This document shows, piece by piece, positions 52,091 through 64,000 of a stretch of 64,000 nucleotides of DNA. The stretch lies in NCBI GenBank assembly GCA_950097015.1, contig CATNEN010000003.1:8680001-8744000 (forward strand). Reading direction: 5' to 3'. The stretch is from Macrostomum hystrix. Its lineage: Eukaryota > Animalia > Platyhelminthes. Below the pieces are notes generated by a model. The model made no database searches and was not told the origin of the DNA. It worked only from the letters and a program-made list of their open reading frames with translations. A program made the position numbers and the translations under genes. Each line of letters starts with the position of its first letter. The first letter of the stretch is position 1.

Positions 52091-52846
52091 CCAGTCTAGA
52101 ACTCATGAGATTCCAGTCTAGAACTCATGAGATTCCAGTCTATATCTAATGAGATTCCAGTCTAGATCTAATGAGTTTCCAGTCTAGATCTAATGAGATT
52201 CCAGTCTAGATCTAATGAGATTCCAGTCTAGATCTAATGAGATTCCAGTCTAGATCTAATGAGATTCCAGTCTATATCTAATGAGATTCCAGTCTATATC
52301 TAATGAGATTCCAGTCTATATCTAATGAGATTCCAGTCTATATCTAATGAGATTCCAGTCTAGATCTAATGAGTTTCCAGTCTAGATCTAATGAGATTCC
52401 AGTCTAGATCTAATGAGATTCCAGTCTAGAACTAATGAGTTTCCAGTCTAGATCTAATGAGATTCCAGTCTAGAACTCATGAGATTCCAGTCTAGAACTC
52501 ATGAGATTCCAGTCTATATCTAATGAGATTCCAGTCTAGATCTAATGAGTTTCCAGTCTAGATCTAATGAGTTTCCAGTCTAGATCTAATGAGATTCCAG
52601 TCTAGAACTCATGAGATTCCAGTCTATATCTAATGAGATTGCAGTCTAGATCTAATGAGTTTCCAGTCTAGAACTCATGAGATTCCAGTCTATATCTAAT
52701 GAGATTCCAGTCTAGATCTAATGAGTTTCCAGTCTAGATCTAATGAGATTCCAGTCTAGATCTAATGAGATTCCAGTCTAGATCTAATGAGATTCCAGTC
52801 TAGATCTAATGAGTTTCCAGTCTAGATCTAATGAGATTCCACTCTA
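52091..52846. repeat. 22-bp tandem repeat
   Basis: ccagtctagatctaatgagatt units. Confidence 0.95.
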
Positions 52847-52911
52847 TAATTCAAAGGATTCAGATGAGAATTCAGATTTCAGTGCGCTAATGCATTGCAG
52901 CCTTAGTGACC

Positions 52912-54069
52912 ATGTCAGCAGGCGAAGAAGGCATCAGCGCTGACATCCTTGAGTCAGAAATGGCCGCAGTCAAAGCCGAGGAAACTGCGGGCAGCGCCGC
53001 CGGGGGAGGCGGATTGTTTGAAGAGGAGGCGCCAAAGGAATTGGAAATCATTCCTGTTCAGGTGAGATAGGACTTTGTGTGCCATTTATTAGCCACATTA
53101 GATAGATATAAATAAATTGCACCCAGTCTTTTTGGGCCAGATCTTTCGAATCTTCGGGTTGCTTCTGAAAGCTGCGTACAGCTTTTCAGTCCTTAGGTCG
53201 AGCCTACAAAAATGTGTACCTCATAAAATGCCGGTTTCCAGGGGCAGTGGCAGACGGGTTAACGCGTTTGCCTAAGTCCCTAACGCGTTCGCGCCAAGGT
53301 CCCTAAGTTCGATTCCGCGACGGGGCCACATTTATTTAGGGCGCAGCCGCGGATAGAAGGCTTGGAGGCTTGTCGTGTAATTTACGCCCTTTAGTACCAA
53401 CCTCCAAGGCACAGTGAGAGTGTACACTGCCTGACAAAGAGAAATTCTGGGCAGATGTACACACATGTGTGAGCGTATATCTGCGTACGGTATTCGTGTG
53501 CGTGTGTGGTCAGGAGCCGGTGAAATGGGCAGAATTGCCTCCTAATTGCTAGCTGCGGATCTAGTATCACCGAATGATGCGCCATTGCCTGCAGCCCTCC
53601 AGCAATCGCTGTTATTATTTTTCTGGTACCCATTTCTAAGCTTGCCGAGACTAGTAGACTTTACTAGCTTATCAGTAAAGCCACCCAGCAAGCATGCTCA
53701 CCTGTTTTTTAGGGCTCAACTCGCGAGTGCACTTTTATATTGCGCAACGAGGATCACACTCTGGGCAACGCGTTGCGTTCAACACTGATGCACCATCCTG
53801 GAGTTAGCTTCGCCGGCTACAGTGTGCCGCATCCGCTAACTAGGGAGATTCACCTGCGCATTGTTACGGTTAGCGACGACTGTTCGCCCAGTGATTGTCT
53901 GGCTGAGAGTTTGCAAGAATTGTCTAACAGTGCCGAACTGATTATGCGTCAATTCAACGCGGCACTGGACGAATATTCAGCTGGCGATGCACCGAACAGA
54001 GCTGAAGCTGCTGAAGCGGTTGCTAGCTATGGCATGCTGGATATAAAAGTGGAATTAAAACAAGAATGA
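52912..54069 (+). CDS. POLR1D: RNA polymerase I/III subunit AC19 (RPAC2); exons 52912-53061 and 53713-54069 (~168 aa)
   Basis: CTFILRNEDHTLGNALR...FAGYSVPHPL...IHLRI (Rpb11-like family, AC19-type); phase-0 GT-AG intron. Confidence 0.85.
53242..53520 (+). mobile_element. tRNA-derived SINE, family B (intronic)
   Basis: Head with gttcgattccgc; body matches the reverse complement of 59560-59780. Confidence 0.7.
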
Positions 54070-54795
54070 ATCACACAATCTTAACACTGTTTATTATTTA
54101 TTTGGAATTAAATAAACAAAAATAACTGAAAATAAATGTGTGTCCTTGCATTTCTTAAATTTTTATCGGTTTGAAGCTTTTTCAAAACTTGTTTGTTGTT
54201 TGTCTATTGCTTTTTTTAAAACAGCATTTAACTTAAATTGTTTCTCTTTGTATTTCAACTACAAAGGCCCATCACTTTAGAGCAAAGATTATAAATACCC
54301 AAGATGCGTCACTCAATGCAAAAATCTGGTTTTCGCTCTCATCACACACTTTATGCCATAGACATTGATAGCGCTATGCACCATTTCATGAATGAATGCT
54401 GCTATTTTTTATTGCCGGAATACTCATACGTGGTACTCGTACATTGCACAAATAGGTATAAGTTATCACCCATTTTTTTATTTATTTTGGCCGGGAACGG
54501 CTGAGGACTCGTTTATTGGCCGAGGCAAGAAACTATGTCCGAAGACGTTTTCGGCCATAGATAAGTCAAACAAGTGGGTGATAATGTATTTATTCCACTG
54601 TTGAAGCCAGATAATTGTCACCGGACCAGATAAATGTTTATCTGTCCCGGCCAGATAAATTTCAACGGCCAAATAAATAAATTTATCTGGTCTATGGGCC
54701 AATCCAACTGGGGAATAAATGAATTGAACTTCATAAATTTAAGTGAATTTATATCAAATTACGCATGTGCATAGGTTGTTGCTGGCGCTAGAACT

Positions 54796-56306
54796 ATACC
54801 TTTTTACGTTCTATTTGATAAAAACTGCAACCAATTTGGCCTCGGCTCAGCTTGACGCAGCCGCAGCAATTTTCCATAGACAGCCGCCGCTAGCAGCAAC
54901 CAATTTGGTAAAAACTGTGAGCTATTTTGCCAGCCTGAAGATATCATCTTATCATTCTTATCATCACTCTGATGGCGAATCGTGGGCCGTACCAAAAGAT
55001 AAGTCAGCTGGATCGAGAGCGAATCATGAGAGCGTACAGGAATGGCGACGACTGGAGAGAGCTTGGCAGAATGATGGGGATGAAGAAACCGACATTGAGG
55101 AACATCGTGATCACGTATGAACGAACTGGTAGAGTTGGCACTCTGCCAAAAGGAGGAGTGAAGAGGATGGCGCTGACGGAGGCTATGGTGGACACCATTG
55201 TTCAATTCGTTGAAGGTCAACCTACTGCGACGCTGCAACAAATGAGAGAGCACCTGCTACACCAACACAATGACGTTGCCAACGTGAGTCTGACCACTAT
55301 CAGTCGTGCTCTGGATGGTCGCCTCATCACCCTGAAGTTGCTGCGCCAGGTACCTGTGAACTGGAACATGCCTGTTACAAAGGAGGCGCGAAGGATGCAC
55401 GTCGAATGGATGCTGGACGAGGGAAGCCAGGTGAACACAATTTTCATGGACGAGTTTGGGGTGAACATCTGGACGGCGAGGACTCAAGGCCGCTCTGCGA
55501 AGGGGCTCCCAGCTGTGAATGTCGTCAGCGGACAGCGTGGGCAGAATCTCACCATCTGCCTGGCCATCTCGCAACTCGGCCTCGTTCACAGCACTCTCGT
55601 TGAAGGAGGCTTTAAGAACGAGCACTTCGTGGAATTCCTCTCTGAGATCGATGTTCTGATGGAAGAGGAGTTTGTACTACTGTCCGATGGGGCACGCGCT
55701 CACCTAGGTGTCCCTGGGATGTCTGAAGGTCATGCTCACCGATTCCTGCCTCCATACTCGCCGTTCATCAACCCGGCGGAGTACGCAGGCTCAGCGCTGA
55801 AGGCCAAGCTGAAAAGGCAACTGCAATCACCTGCCATTCAGCGCGAGGTGGCAGATACTGGACTGGCTGCTGCAGCAGGTGCGACACTGCATCAGCACAG
55901 GATGCGCATTCTGAAGAGAGAAGTGCAGCAAGCACTGAACTGCATCACGCCTCTTAAGTGCCTGCGCTGGATCAACCACTCCCAGACGTACTTCAATCGG
56001 TGCTTGAATGCTGAGGACATAATGTTATGAATTCGTGTTCTGACTTCTGACTGAGGACATATTGTTATCATTCTTTATCGTTATTGTTATGCTATCGCTC
56101 CCTATTTCGCTACTGCTGTTGACAGGGCAGGTCAAATACAGCAGTGAGCTGCTATCTTCAAGCTGGCAAAATAGCTCGCAGTTTTTACCAAATTGGTTGC
56201 TGCTAGCGGCGGCTGTCTATGGAAAATTGCTGCGGCTGCGTCAGGCTGAGCCGAGGCCAAATTGGTTGCAGTTTTTATCAAAGAACGTAGAACGTAGAAA
56301 GGTATA
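54796..56306 (+). mobile_element. IS630/Tc1/mariner-superfamily transposon with ~140-150-bp TIRs
   Basis: ~54805-54942 is the reverse complement of ~56153-56289; TA dinucleotides at the ends; exact termini ambiguous by ~10-20 bp. Confidence 0.9.
54972..56030 (+). CDS. Intact DDE transposase (IS630-like), 352 aa
   Basis: HTH region, IFMDEFG, LSDGARAH, FLPPYSPFINPAE. Confidence 0.93.
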   Translation: MANRGPYQKISQLDRERIMRAYRNGDDWRELGRMMGMKKPTLRNIVITYERTGRVGTLPKGGVKRMALTEAMVDTIVQFVEGQPTATLQQMREHLLHQHNDVANVSLTTISRALDGRLITLKLLRQVPVNWNMPVTKEARRMHVEWMLDEGSQVNTIFMDEFGVNIWTARTQGRSAKGLPAVNVVSGQRGQNLTICLAISQLGLVHSTLVEGGFKNEHFVEFLSEIDVLMEEEFVLLSDGARAHLGVPGMSEGHAHRFLPPYSPFINPAEYAGSALKAKLKRQLQSPAIQREVADTGLAAAAGATLHQHRMRILKREVQQALNCITPLKCLRWINHSQTYFNRCLNAEDIML

Positions 56307-56874
56307 TTTCGCCTGGCAATTTTATAAATTTTGTAATTTATATTTTATAAAAATATAAATGTAAATAAATAAATATAAATATAAAATATATATGCTTCCT
56401 TACGAAATCCAGATTTAAATGATTCAGCTCCAAGATTCGAAGCCATTCTTGTGCTTCGATGGAAAGCTGTGAAGCTGCACTCTTCTTCCGTCCTTCGGAG
56501 GAGCCGAGTAAACTGATGTTAAGCAGCCTCTGACACAACAGAAGCGCGAATTTAGAGACTGCTGCATGAGAGAATTCTGGAAACAAATACTTTTCTCCTT
56601 GGTGTGCTGTGCTTTAAAAGAAAAGAAAATTTCTGGAGACGACTGCTGCTGCTGCTGATAATGCGAATTTGGCTATTTGTAGCTGGCCGAATTTTTGTCT
56701 ATGGCATAAAGTGTGTGATGAGAGCGAAAACCAAGGACAACTTAATAACTCTTAAGTTGTTATTAAGTTGTCCTTGGCGAAAACTAGATTTTTGCATTGA
56801 GTGACGTATCTTGGGTATTTAAAATCTGTGCTTTAGAGTGCTGTGCTATTTTTAGAAGCAGATTTATTAAGGCT

Positions 56875-58391
56875 TTTTGCAGCCCATTTGGTCTTACAAG
56901 CGTTTAATTTAATCCAAGATCTGCCTGATAAAGTATCTCAGCTTTAGTCTATGGCCACAAGGATGCCATAGCGGCATTTAATTTGGTCCAATAAGCATCA
57001 ATTTGGTCCATAGCAGATTGCAAGCCCGAGCAAGAGTTTAACAAATGCCAATGCCAAGTTAGACAATTCCAATTGTGTCTAGTTTCGTTTGGGCCACAAA
57101 CGATTGCGTCGATGGAAATTGTGAACTAAGTAAATTTTTGCGCGCCTTTCGGGCGTCGAAACAGGAATACAACAGATTGCTTATCTGCTAATAGTCTATG
57201 GTCAAGCCGCCCCCCATCTTTGGATATTCCCAACGGGTTATATTTGGATATACCCATTTGCAGATGAGCAATCTGTATATTCCTGTATCAATGCGTTTGC
57301 TAGTATATTTTTTATTCAATACAACAAAGCTGAATAAACAGATTGACTCTTAAAGCAGTCATCGGACTTCAGATCCACCTGTCTCTTCACAACAAATTCA
57401 AAATACCTCTGGATCCCCGATCTGATGCACACAAGGGTAACCGGAGAATATTTGGCTCCTTGCTTGGTCTCTAGCGTGAATTAGAAAAATCTCAAATACT
57501 CGTTCAGCATTGTCGACTCCATGGTAACCAGATCGGCCGCGCTGCTCTTGTTTCGAACAAACCCCACAAAGCGGCCTCCATGCACGTACATCTGCTATCG
57601 ACTCGTACGGGGCAAAGCTTTCTAGTACGCGCTGACCTTGACGACCACGACCCTGCTTTCTTCGAGTCCAAATGTCAAATCTAGTTTCGTCCAGATAATT
57701 TAGATAAACTCCGGGATCAAGACCCGTCAGCCATTCAGCAAACTCCTGCCTTCTCGCAACTGTCTGCAGGCTGTTGCGTACCGTTGGAATAGCGTCTCTA
57801 CCAAGAACTTTCAGTGTTATCAACTGCTTTTCCATAGCTCTGCTGATAGTCGAGATGCTAACAACCAACTGGAATTGTTCGTTCAACTTTTGCTGCATTT
57901 GCTGCAACGTCAACAGAGGGTTTCTCTCGATTTCACTGAGTAGCAGTTGGACCTGACGCTCAAGCAACTTGCTCTGGCGATTGCCACCCCTTCGCAGACG
58001 ATTTCTTCTGCCCGTGGTTTCAACGCGCAGATAGATGCTGTAAACCGTCTTTTTTAACATTCAGCAACCTTGCAATGTCCTTTGGGTGTTCACCTCTGTC
58101 GAGCGCTTCGATCACTAGCCCATGGCGTTCGTTCGAGAGTCTAGCATATGGTCCACGATTCTCTTGCTGATCTGCAGCAGTTGCAAATGAGGAATTGCTT
58201 CCGTCCTCACTACTCTTGTCAGTCATGCCTAAATTTAAATCTAAGAGGGAAACTAAGAAAACGCTATGTTCCAAATTACAAGTTTGTAAATGCCGCTATG
58301 GCATCCTTGTGACCATCGACTAAGGCTGAAATTCTCTAGCAGACAGACCTTGGATTAAATTAAATGCTTGTAAGACCAAATGGGCTGCAAA
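56875..58391 (-). mobile_element. Second, defective IS630/Tc1-type element
   Basis: TIRs 56875-56980 / 58287-58391. Frameshifted transposase from ATG 58226 (NRGPY, ISTISRAM, ITLK, YLDET, IWTRRKQGR) loses homology near 57630. Confidence 0.85.
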
Positions 58392-58962
58392 AATCTATAT
58401 TACACTCAAATCGGATTGGCCAGGAAGAATAATTGGTTTCTATTTTTAGACCACCCATGAGAGCTAGTCAAATCTAATTATGTAACAATGAGCTGTTGCT
58501 ATTTTTAGAAACATAATTAGACTACTTATAGGCGTTGAAATAAGTAGTCAAATTTGATTAGTCGGGACAGAATCCAGGATCCAGGAGCTTCGGATTGCTT
58601 ATTAAGAGTTTGAGAGTTGAATTATAATTTCAGTAAAGCAATTTGTCTTCTTCACAAAGGCCATTCCCTGGCTGTACAGCTGGTCCAACTGGGCTAGGTG
58701 TATGTCTTTCTTTTCTATATATCACCCCGCAGCCCAATTGAAGCATAAATAGTAAATATTTCTCCAACTGAACACCGTATGGTCTTATCTTGTTAGCCTA
58801 GCTGTGTAGTATAAATATGATATATTTGAAATTCTTTTTGTTCTATAAAAAAAACAGATTGGATTTACCAGATTTTAGAGTTTTATTAAGAAACTTATAT
58901 CGGCTAAATCTGATTCAATAAAACCTTTCTTTCAGCTTTAGTTAGACTCAGACGACAATAAA

Positions 58963-60597
58963 ATGTCCGGCATGTACGCTTGTCAACCGTTTGTGAATTC
59001 CTCAGAGGCGGTTAGTTCATTGCCAACCTGCATGTATAAAATGGCTAATTTAGTGGCGCCAGTTCAACAGTCTGACACTAACGCTGGCGCCGCATCCATT
59101 ATTGACGCCTGTCGATTAGAGAGATTGCGAGGCGATCTGTTCACATTAGCTAGAATTTGCGGCATTTTACCGCCCACCGCTGCTGCACCTGCTGCTGCTA
59201 GTACTTCGGCTTCTACCAACAAACCTGCCACTGCTTCTGCTGCTGTGTATGATAATGTCTATATATAAATTTGTACACAGCAAGTAACAATAAATTATTA
59301 CCCTAGGGGTACTGCCAGTCGGGGGTCGTTTGCCAACCGTTTGCCAACACGCGATGACAACATTAAAATTTTGCCCTCCTACCTACAGTCACCCCCCGTT
59401 TGAAATATGTAACAGCAACACTGAATAAACAATAATGTGGTATTTAAAGCAGGGCTGTGGGCACTGGCACATCATTTGGTGACACTAGACCCACAACCAG
59501 CGAAGATGCAATTCTGCACGTTTCGCTGACTACTGAGCACACACGCACACAGATACTGTACGCAGGCACACACACACACAGGTGTCTATATCTGCCCTGA
59601 ATTTCTCATCGTCAGGCAGTTTAAACTTCACTGCGTCTGGACGGTTGACCATCAAGGTCGTAAATTGCACGACAAACCCCTTAAGCCTTCTCTCCGCATC
59701 TGCGCCCCAAATGAATGTGGCCTCGCCGCGGAATCGAACTCAGGGACCTTAGTGCGAGAGACAAACGAGTTAACCCTCCAACACTGAATTATCAGCTATT
59801 CAATGATAGTTGAATGAATGCTAAGCCCTAGTTTTATACTGTTTTATAATGCCAGAGTCAACAGCGGCATCAAGCAGGCGACCAACACCGCCGGCGCAGC
59901 TAAGAAGCCATCCGTGCCGTCTCATCCGCCTGCGCTGGCTTCCGCGTCATCATTTACCCCGGCGACGCCTCCAGTGAGCCTGTCGTTGCAGTGCTCGCCT
60001 AGTAGGCCGCCAATCGCCGTGCTTTTACTTGTGGAAGTGTTGCGCACACAGCGTGGCGTGCCCGTCTACCTGGACACGCACGGTCGAGTAACCAACGGCG
60101 TCGTTTCTTCGCCCTCGCCATCGGTGGCTCGTCTAATCTCTCGCCTACGCCAGGCTAATCCGGATCGACGAATGTCGGCTAAGATCTGTCTAGACTTAGT
60201 CTGGTCAGAATCTGTCGCTGTTAATTATGGCAACGATTGCTGCCTAATTGACAATGCGTTCTCTGGCCAACCAATACTTGGAGAAGTGTTAGCATTGCGT
60301 CTAATTAATCTCGTCGCCGATGGCAAAGCTTTGCCCACAGCTGACCAGCTACTGGATCTGTCTGATCAGTTGCAAACTGGCCGGCGAGTTTCGGACCAGA
60401 GAATGGCCGAACTGCTTAGCCAATCTGACAATCCTAAGCAGACTAGTCTGGGCCAGCTTCTAGCCTGGTCTGTGCTGACCTCGGCTGCCGCTTCGACAAT
60501 TAACAACGCCGGCCTCAACGCGGCAGTCGCTAAGTTTTCTAATAGCCTAAATTCTTCCCAACCATTTGCTAGTTTCTGTCGCGACTTGGTTAAATAA
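58963..60597 (+). CDS. AIMP2: Aminoacyl-tRNA synthetase complex-interacting protein 2; exons 58963-59246 and 59856-60597 (~341 aa)
   Basis: N-terminal MY...LPTCMYKMANL signature; SPSRPPIAVLLL, LDTH, LVW, PILGEVLALRLI; phase-2 GT-AG intron. Confidence 0.8.
59440..59780 (-). mobile_element. tRNA-derived SINE, family B, second copy (intronic)
   Basis: Reverse complement matches 53242-53480; B box gagttcgattccgc. Confidence 0.7.
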
Positions 60598-62542
60598 GAA
60601 TTGCATTAATTTGCACAGACATAAAGCACAGCAGTTGAGTTTGTTTTACCGGTTTGATTCTGATTACGCAGGTGTTGCAAGGAAGTAATAACTTATGAAT
60701 ATTAGTGAAGTGCCTGACCTTAGTATAAAGTAATAATATCACCCTTCCCACGAGTCAGACGCCTTCAATCTGTGGCCAGGGTGAATTCCGAAAAAAGTAG
60801 CGTTGATGCTGGCGCTAGAATGCTCTGACGATCCTCTCGCTTTGGTCAGGGAGAAGCGTCGCGCTTGCAGAAAAGTAGCCAAGAGTCGAACTCTGATCTC
60901 GCACAGGATTAAGATTGATGCACAACTGCTGGATCGCCGGACACCCTCAACTTAATCTTGTTAGTTGGATGGGATAAAAATATTTATCCTTTGGTCTTGG
61001 CCTTCGCAGGGGCATTTTTAGCGCAGAAAAGTAGGGGTAGCAGGCTCATCGCCTGGTTTATATTATTAGAAACTGACGTCAGATAACCAAGGGGTCTGTT
61101 GCTAAAAATAGAAACTGACGTCACTCATACGTTGGTTATACGTAGGAGGGAGTATCCTAGGACACGCAGACTTATTACTAAAAATGGAACATAAGTCATA
61201 AATACAAATACAGGCAGGCAAAGAGATTCCACACGCTGACATGCACAAAAGGCCCATCCCCACCACGCAGGGGGATAGTGTCGCCTACCCCGATTCAAAT
61301 GCAGAGGCAAGACCTGAAAGGAGATATTCGATTTGGAGCGAACAGTGGCATTCCTAGTTAGCGTGGGCGTTGATTTAAAGTTAGATCACGCCTAGGTGCA
61401 AAAATTGACAAAGCTAAAGTAGTAAACTAGCGACTCGCTTCATTAGCAGCTGGAGTTATAGTCCAACGCATAATTAAGCAACAGTGGACCACTCACAATG
61501 CTTTTCCCGGATGGGGTTCCAAGCCTGATTGAGTCATATTCCATTTAGACTCATCAATTCTTTACACATTTGGCATAAAATTCTTACCTCTTAGCTTTAA
61601 AATTTTATTGCGAGCATCGATTACAAAAAATTGCAACTCCTGCGTGTTGCTACTTTAATTAGAAATATTTGTGTGTTTTTGAGTGTTCTGCTTTAATCTG
61701 CTTTTATCTCATCATTTTTCTCACGTATTTATCCAAGTCCAACTACAAGTGTATTTAGCTTCTAATTTTCTTTATGCTGGGACTGCAGAAGCAGAAAAGC
61801 AGAAGCTATACTGTTACTATTTTTTCTTTTGGTGTTTGTTAATCCTTTCGATAGCATCATATAGAACTTACTGACTAACCTTATTTTGTATTTTTATTTA
61901 AATCGTCTCTGACCCATCTTCAGTTGTCCATTGTGCACGCAAATTTTAGCTTCTACCCCTAATTACGCTCGTATATTTTGAAACAAATCAGATTATTCAA
62001 GCAAACACAGCTTTTAACGAAAATTAAAAATACGTACGAGTTTAATGCTTATTGAATAATGTTTATATTTGTGTTTTTGTTTTGTCTTCCTTTCGTGAGC
62101 GATTGGCTAAACCAAGAAAATTAAAATCTTAGTGAAATATAGATCCGGATAAGCATGTAAGCCTGTGTGAAGTGAAAAACAGCAATTTGTTGCTTGTTTG
62201 TGTCTTTCCTTCTTTCATAGAAACTTTACCTAACTTTTAGCATCTAGGGAATTTTATGTAGCCTAGTGGTTCATTGTTTAAAATGTCTACGGATTGAATA
62301 GTTGTTTATAGCATTTTAAAGAGCTGAGAAGAAGCTGCGGCTGTGCCATCTGGCCTATTCTCTCTGTATCCAAGTTATTGAGCACGACAATTTCAGGATT
62401 TTGCTAGCATGCTTTAAATGTAAAACAAATGTTATCAAAGAAATACTGGCATGCAGCAGTTTTATAACAAAAGCATTCCAACTAGTCTTATCACAGCATA
62501 GCACGTGAAAAGACAGGTATCAGCAAGTACTGGTTAAATGGT

Positions 62543-63955
62543 TCAGTCTTCTAAGTCATCCGGGAAATCGATTTCCATTATCTGCTCACAGCTTCGCGCT
62601 TCTCGTCCCGCGCTGTTGCATTGTTCGGCTTCGTCGTCGCAATGCTTCTTGAAATCGTGAATGCAGGCGATGGAGTGAAAGCGGAAGAATACCTGCAGAG
62701 GTATTGTGAAAAGCGCCAGCACTAACGAGGCGTCGTCCATATGGCTTTTGGGAAAAAAGAATTCGAAGCATATTGTGTTAAATAGCCACTGAGAACCATT
62801 GAGCAACATTAGTACGGTTAGCAGCGCGTGTCCGTTCGATCTTCTTTTGGAGCGCATCTTGCACAGTAGGGCGCACTCCAGTGTGAAAACTTGAAGAAGA
62901 CTCTGGCTGATATTTAACGCAGAGCAAATGGCCGTCAAAATGTCCCTCGACATTAATTTCGGATCGTGGTAGTGATTAGGAATCCTATCGAAACAACATA
63001 TACTAAATGTGAAAACGTCGTTGATTGCGATGGCCAATACGCCTAGCCATAGAAGCATCCGGTCTGTTTTGTGTGTTCTGGTCAATTTCTGCGAGCGCTT
63101 ATTTGTATTGAGAGTTTTCAGCAGAAGACAGTTGCATGCAATGCCGCAGGTGTATAGCATTATCAGGGTTGAGTAGAATGCTATCTCTGACTCATTTTTG
63201 TGTTTGCTGTAGGCCTTCACAAAAATGGCCACAGCCAATGCGGTTAGCAAAGCGCCTATTCCACAGCCGATGATTCCCGAGTACTTCCTTAGAATCATGC
63301 GCTCAGCCCTCCTTCTACGTTTGCTATTTAGAGACTCCGAGCAAAGTAAAGCTGCTCGTATTGTCTCGGTTTTCAAGGCCTCTTTTGTAGCCAACTTCCG
63401 GATCGCTTCGGCCAATTTTCCCATGTTGTTCATAAAGGCTAGCATCATCAGTGCGCTCATGACGTAATACTCTATTAGAAATGGATAGAGCGCCCTGATA
63501 ATTACGTCTAGTTCATGCTCTTGCTGCTCGTTAGCTTTTGCCGTGCTATTCACAACTTCTCGCAGTTCAAAGCCAACATTAACGAACCAGGCAGTGATGT
63601 TTGTTGTAAGGACGTGCACCGCCGAAAACCAGGTGGCTGTCAGCTTCCACTGAACGCTTATTCGATGATGCATCAGAAAAAATCTAGTCTGTATAATTAT
63701 GAATATGAGGAGCTGCAGACGCCTGAACACTTCTAAAAGTTCCACTGAGACTGTAACCGACGGAGAATCCTTCGATGCAATAACACCGCACGTTATCTCA
63801 ATCACTATCGACAGGCAGGAAAAGAAGGAAAATATTAGCGACGTAGCAATGAAAAGTCTCGACGGAGAACTGCTTAATCCTTTTGACAGCGTGATACATC
63901 GGCTGACGTTTCTCAGCACGATCGTCCTGCCAGTGTCCAGAGTTGCTAGACCCAT
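62543..63955 (-). CDS. Otopetrin-family proton channel (5' end may lie outside the window)
   Basis: Multiple TM segments; HVLTTNITAW, LYPFLIEY, PLQVFFRFHS. Confidence 0.88.
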   Translation of the reverse strand: MGLATLDTGRTIVLRNVSRCITLSKGLSSSPSRLFIATSLIFSFFSCLSIVIEITCGVIASKDSPSVTVSVELLEVFRRLQLLIFIIIQTRFFLMHHRISVQWKLTATWFSAVHVLTTNITAWFVNVGFELREVVNSTAKANEQQEHELDVIIRALYPFLIEYYVMSALMMLAFMNNMGKLAEAIRKLATKEALKTETIRAALLCSESLNSKRRRRAERMILRKYSGIIGCGIGALLTALAVAIFVKAYSKHKNESEIAFYSTLIMLYTCGIACNCLLLKTLNTNKRSQKLTRTHKTDRMLLWLGVLAIAINDVFTFSICCFDRIPNHYHDPKLMSRDILTAICSALNISQSLLQVFTLECALLCKMRSKRRSNGHALLTVLMLLNGSQWLFNTICFEFFFPKSHMDDASLVLALFTIPLQVFFRFHSIACIHDFKKHCDDEAEQCNSAGREARSCEQIMEIDFPDDLED

Positions 63956-64000
63956 TTTGCCCGTAGTCAGCTGCAGCTCGACCGTTGGAATGCTTCCTTG

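Larger units (their letters stand above)
54272..56840. mobile_element. Outer inverted-repeat element enclosing the IS630/Tc1 transposon
   Basis: 54272-54364 is the reverse complement of 56697-56840, apart from a ~50-bp insertion in the right arm. Confidence 0.7.

Overview
Eukaryotic (animal) genomic DNA with GT-AG introns, tRNA-derived SINEs, many tandem arrays and CAG/poly-Gln runs. The style suggests an invertebrate such as a Macrostomum-like flatworm (inference only). Host genes: an LRR receptor-like gene running off the left edge, a PAN/C-type lectin, multi-exon MYCBPAP, a co-oriented run of WDR92, p23/PTGES3, POLR1D and AIMP2, and an otopetrin. Ordinary mobile DNA: a Helitron fragment, a hAT-type MITE, two IS630/Tc1-type elements and SINEs. 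The most striking feature is a ~15.8-kb unit (~19640-35450) bounded by direct repeats. It carries two convergent spliced genes: a ~832-aa Rep-like/SF3-helicase protein and a ~948-aa zinc-finger tyrosine recombinase. Between them a small ORF sits between arrays of palindrome-bearing 95-104-bp repeats. The unit also has a ~600-bp nested palindrome and inverted upstream modules containing tRNA-like sequences. It looks like an integrated, capsid-less, tyrosine-recombinase-mobilised replicon. All calls come from reading the sequence by eye; no searches were run.
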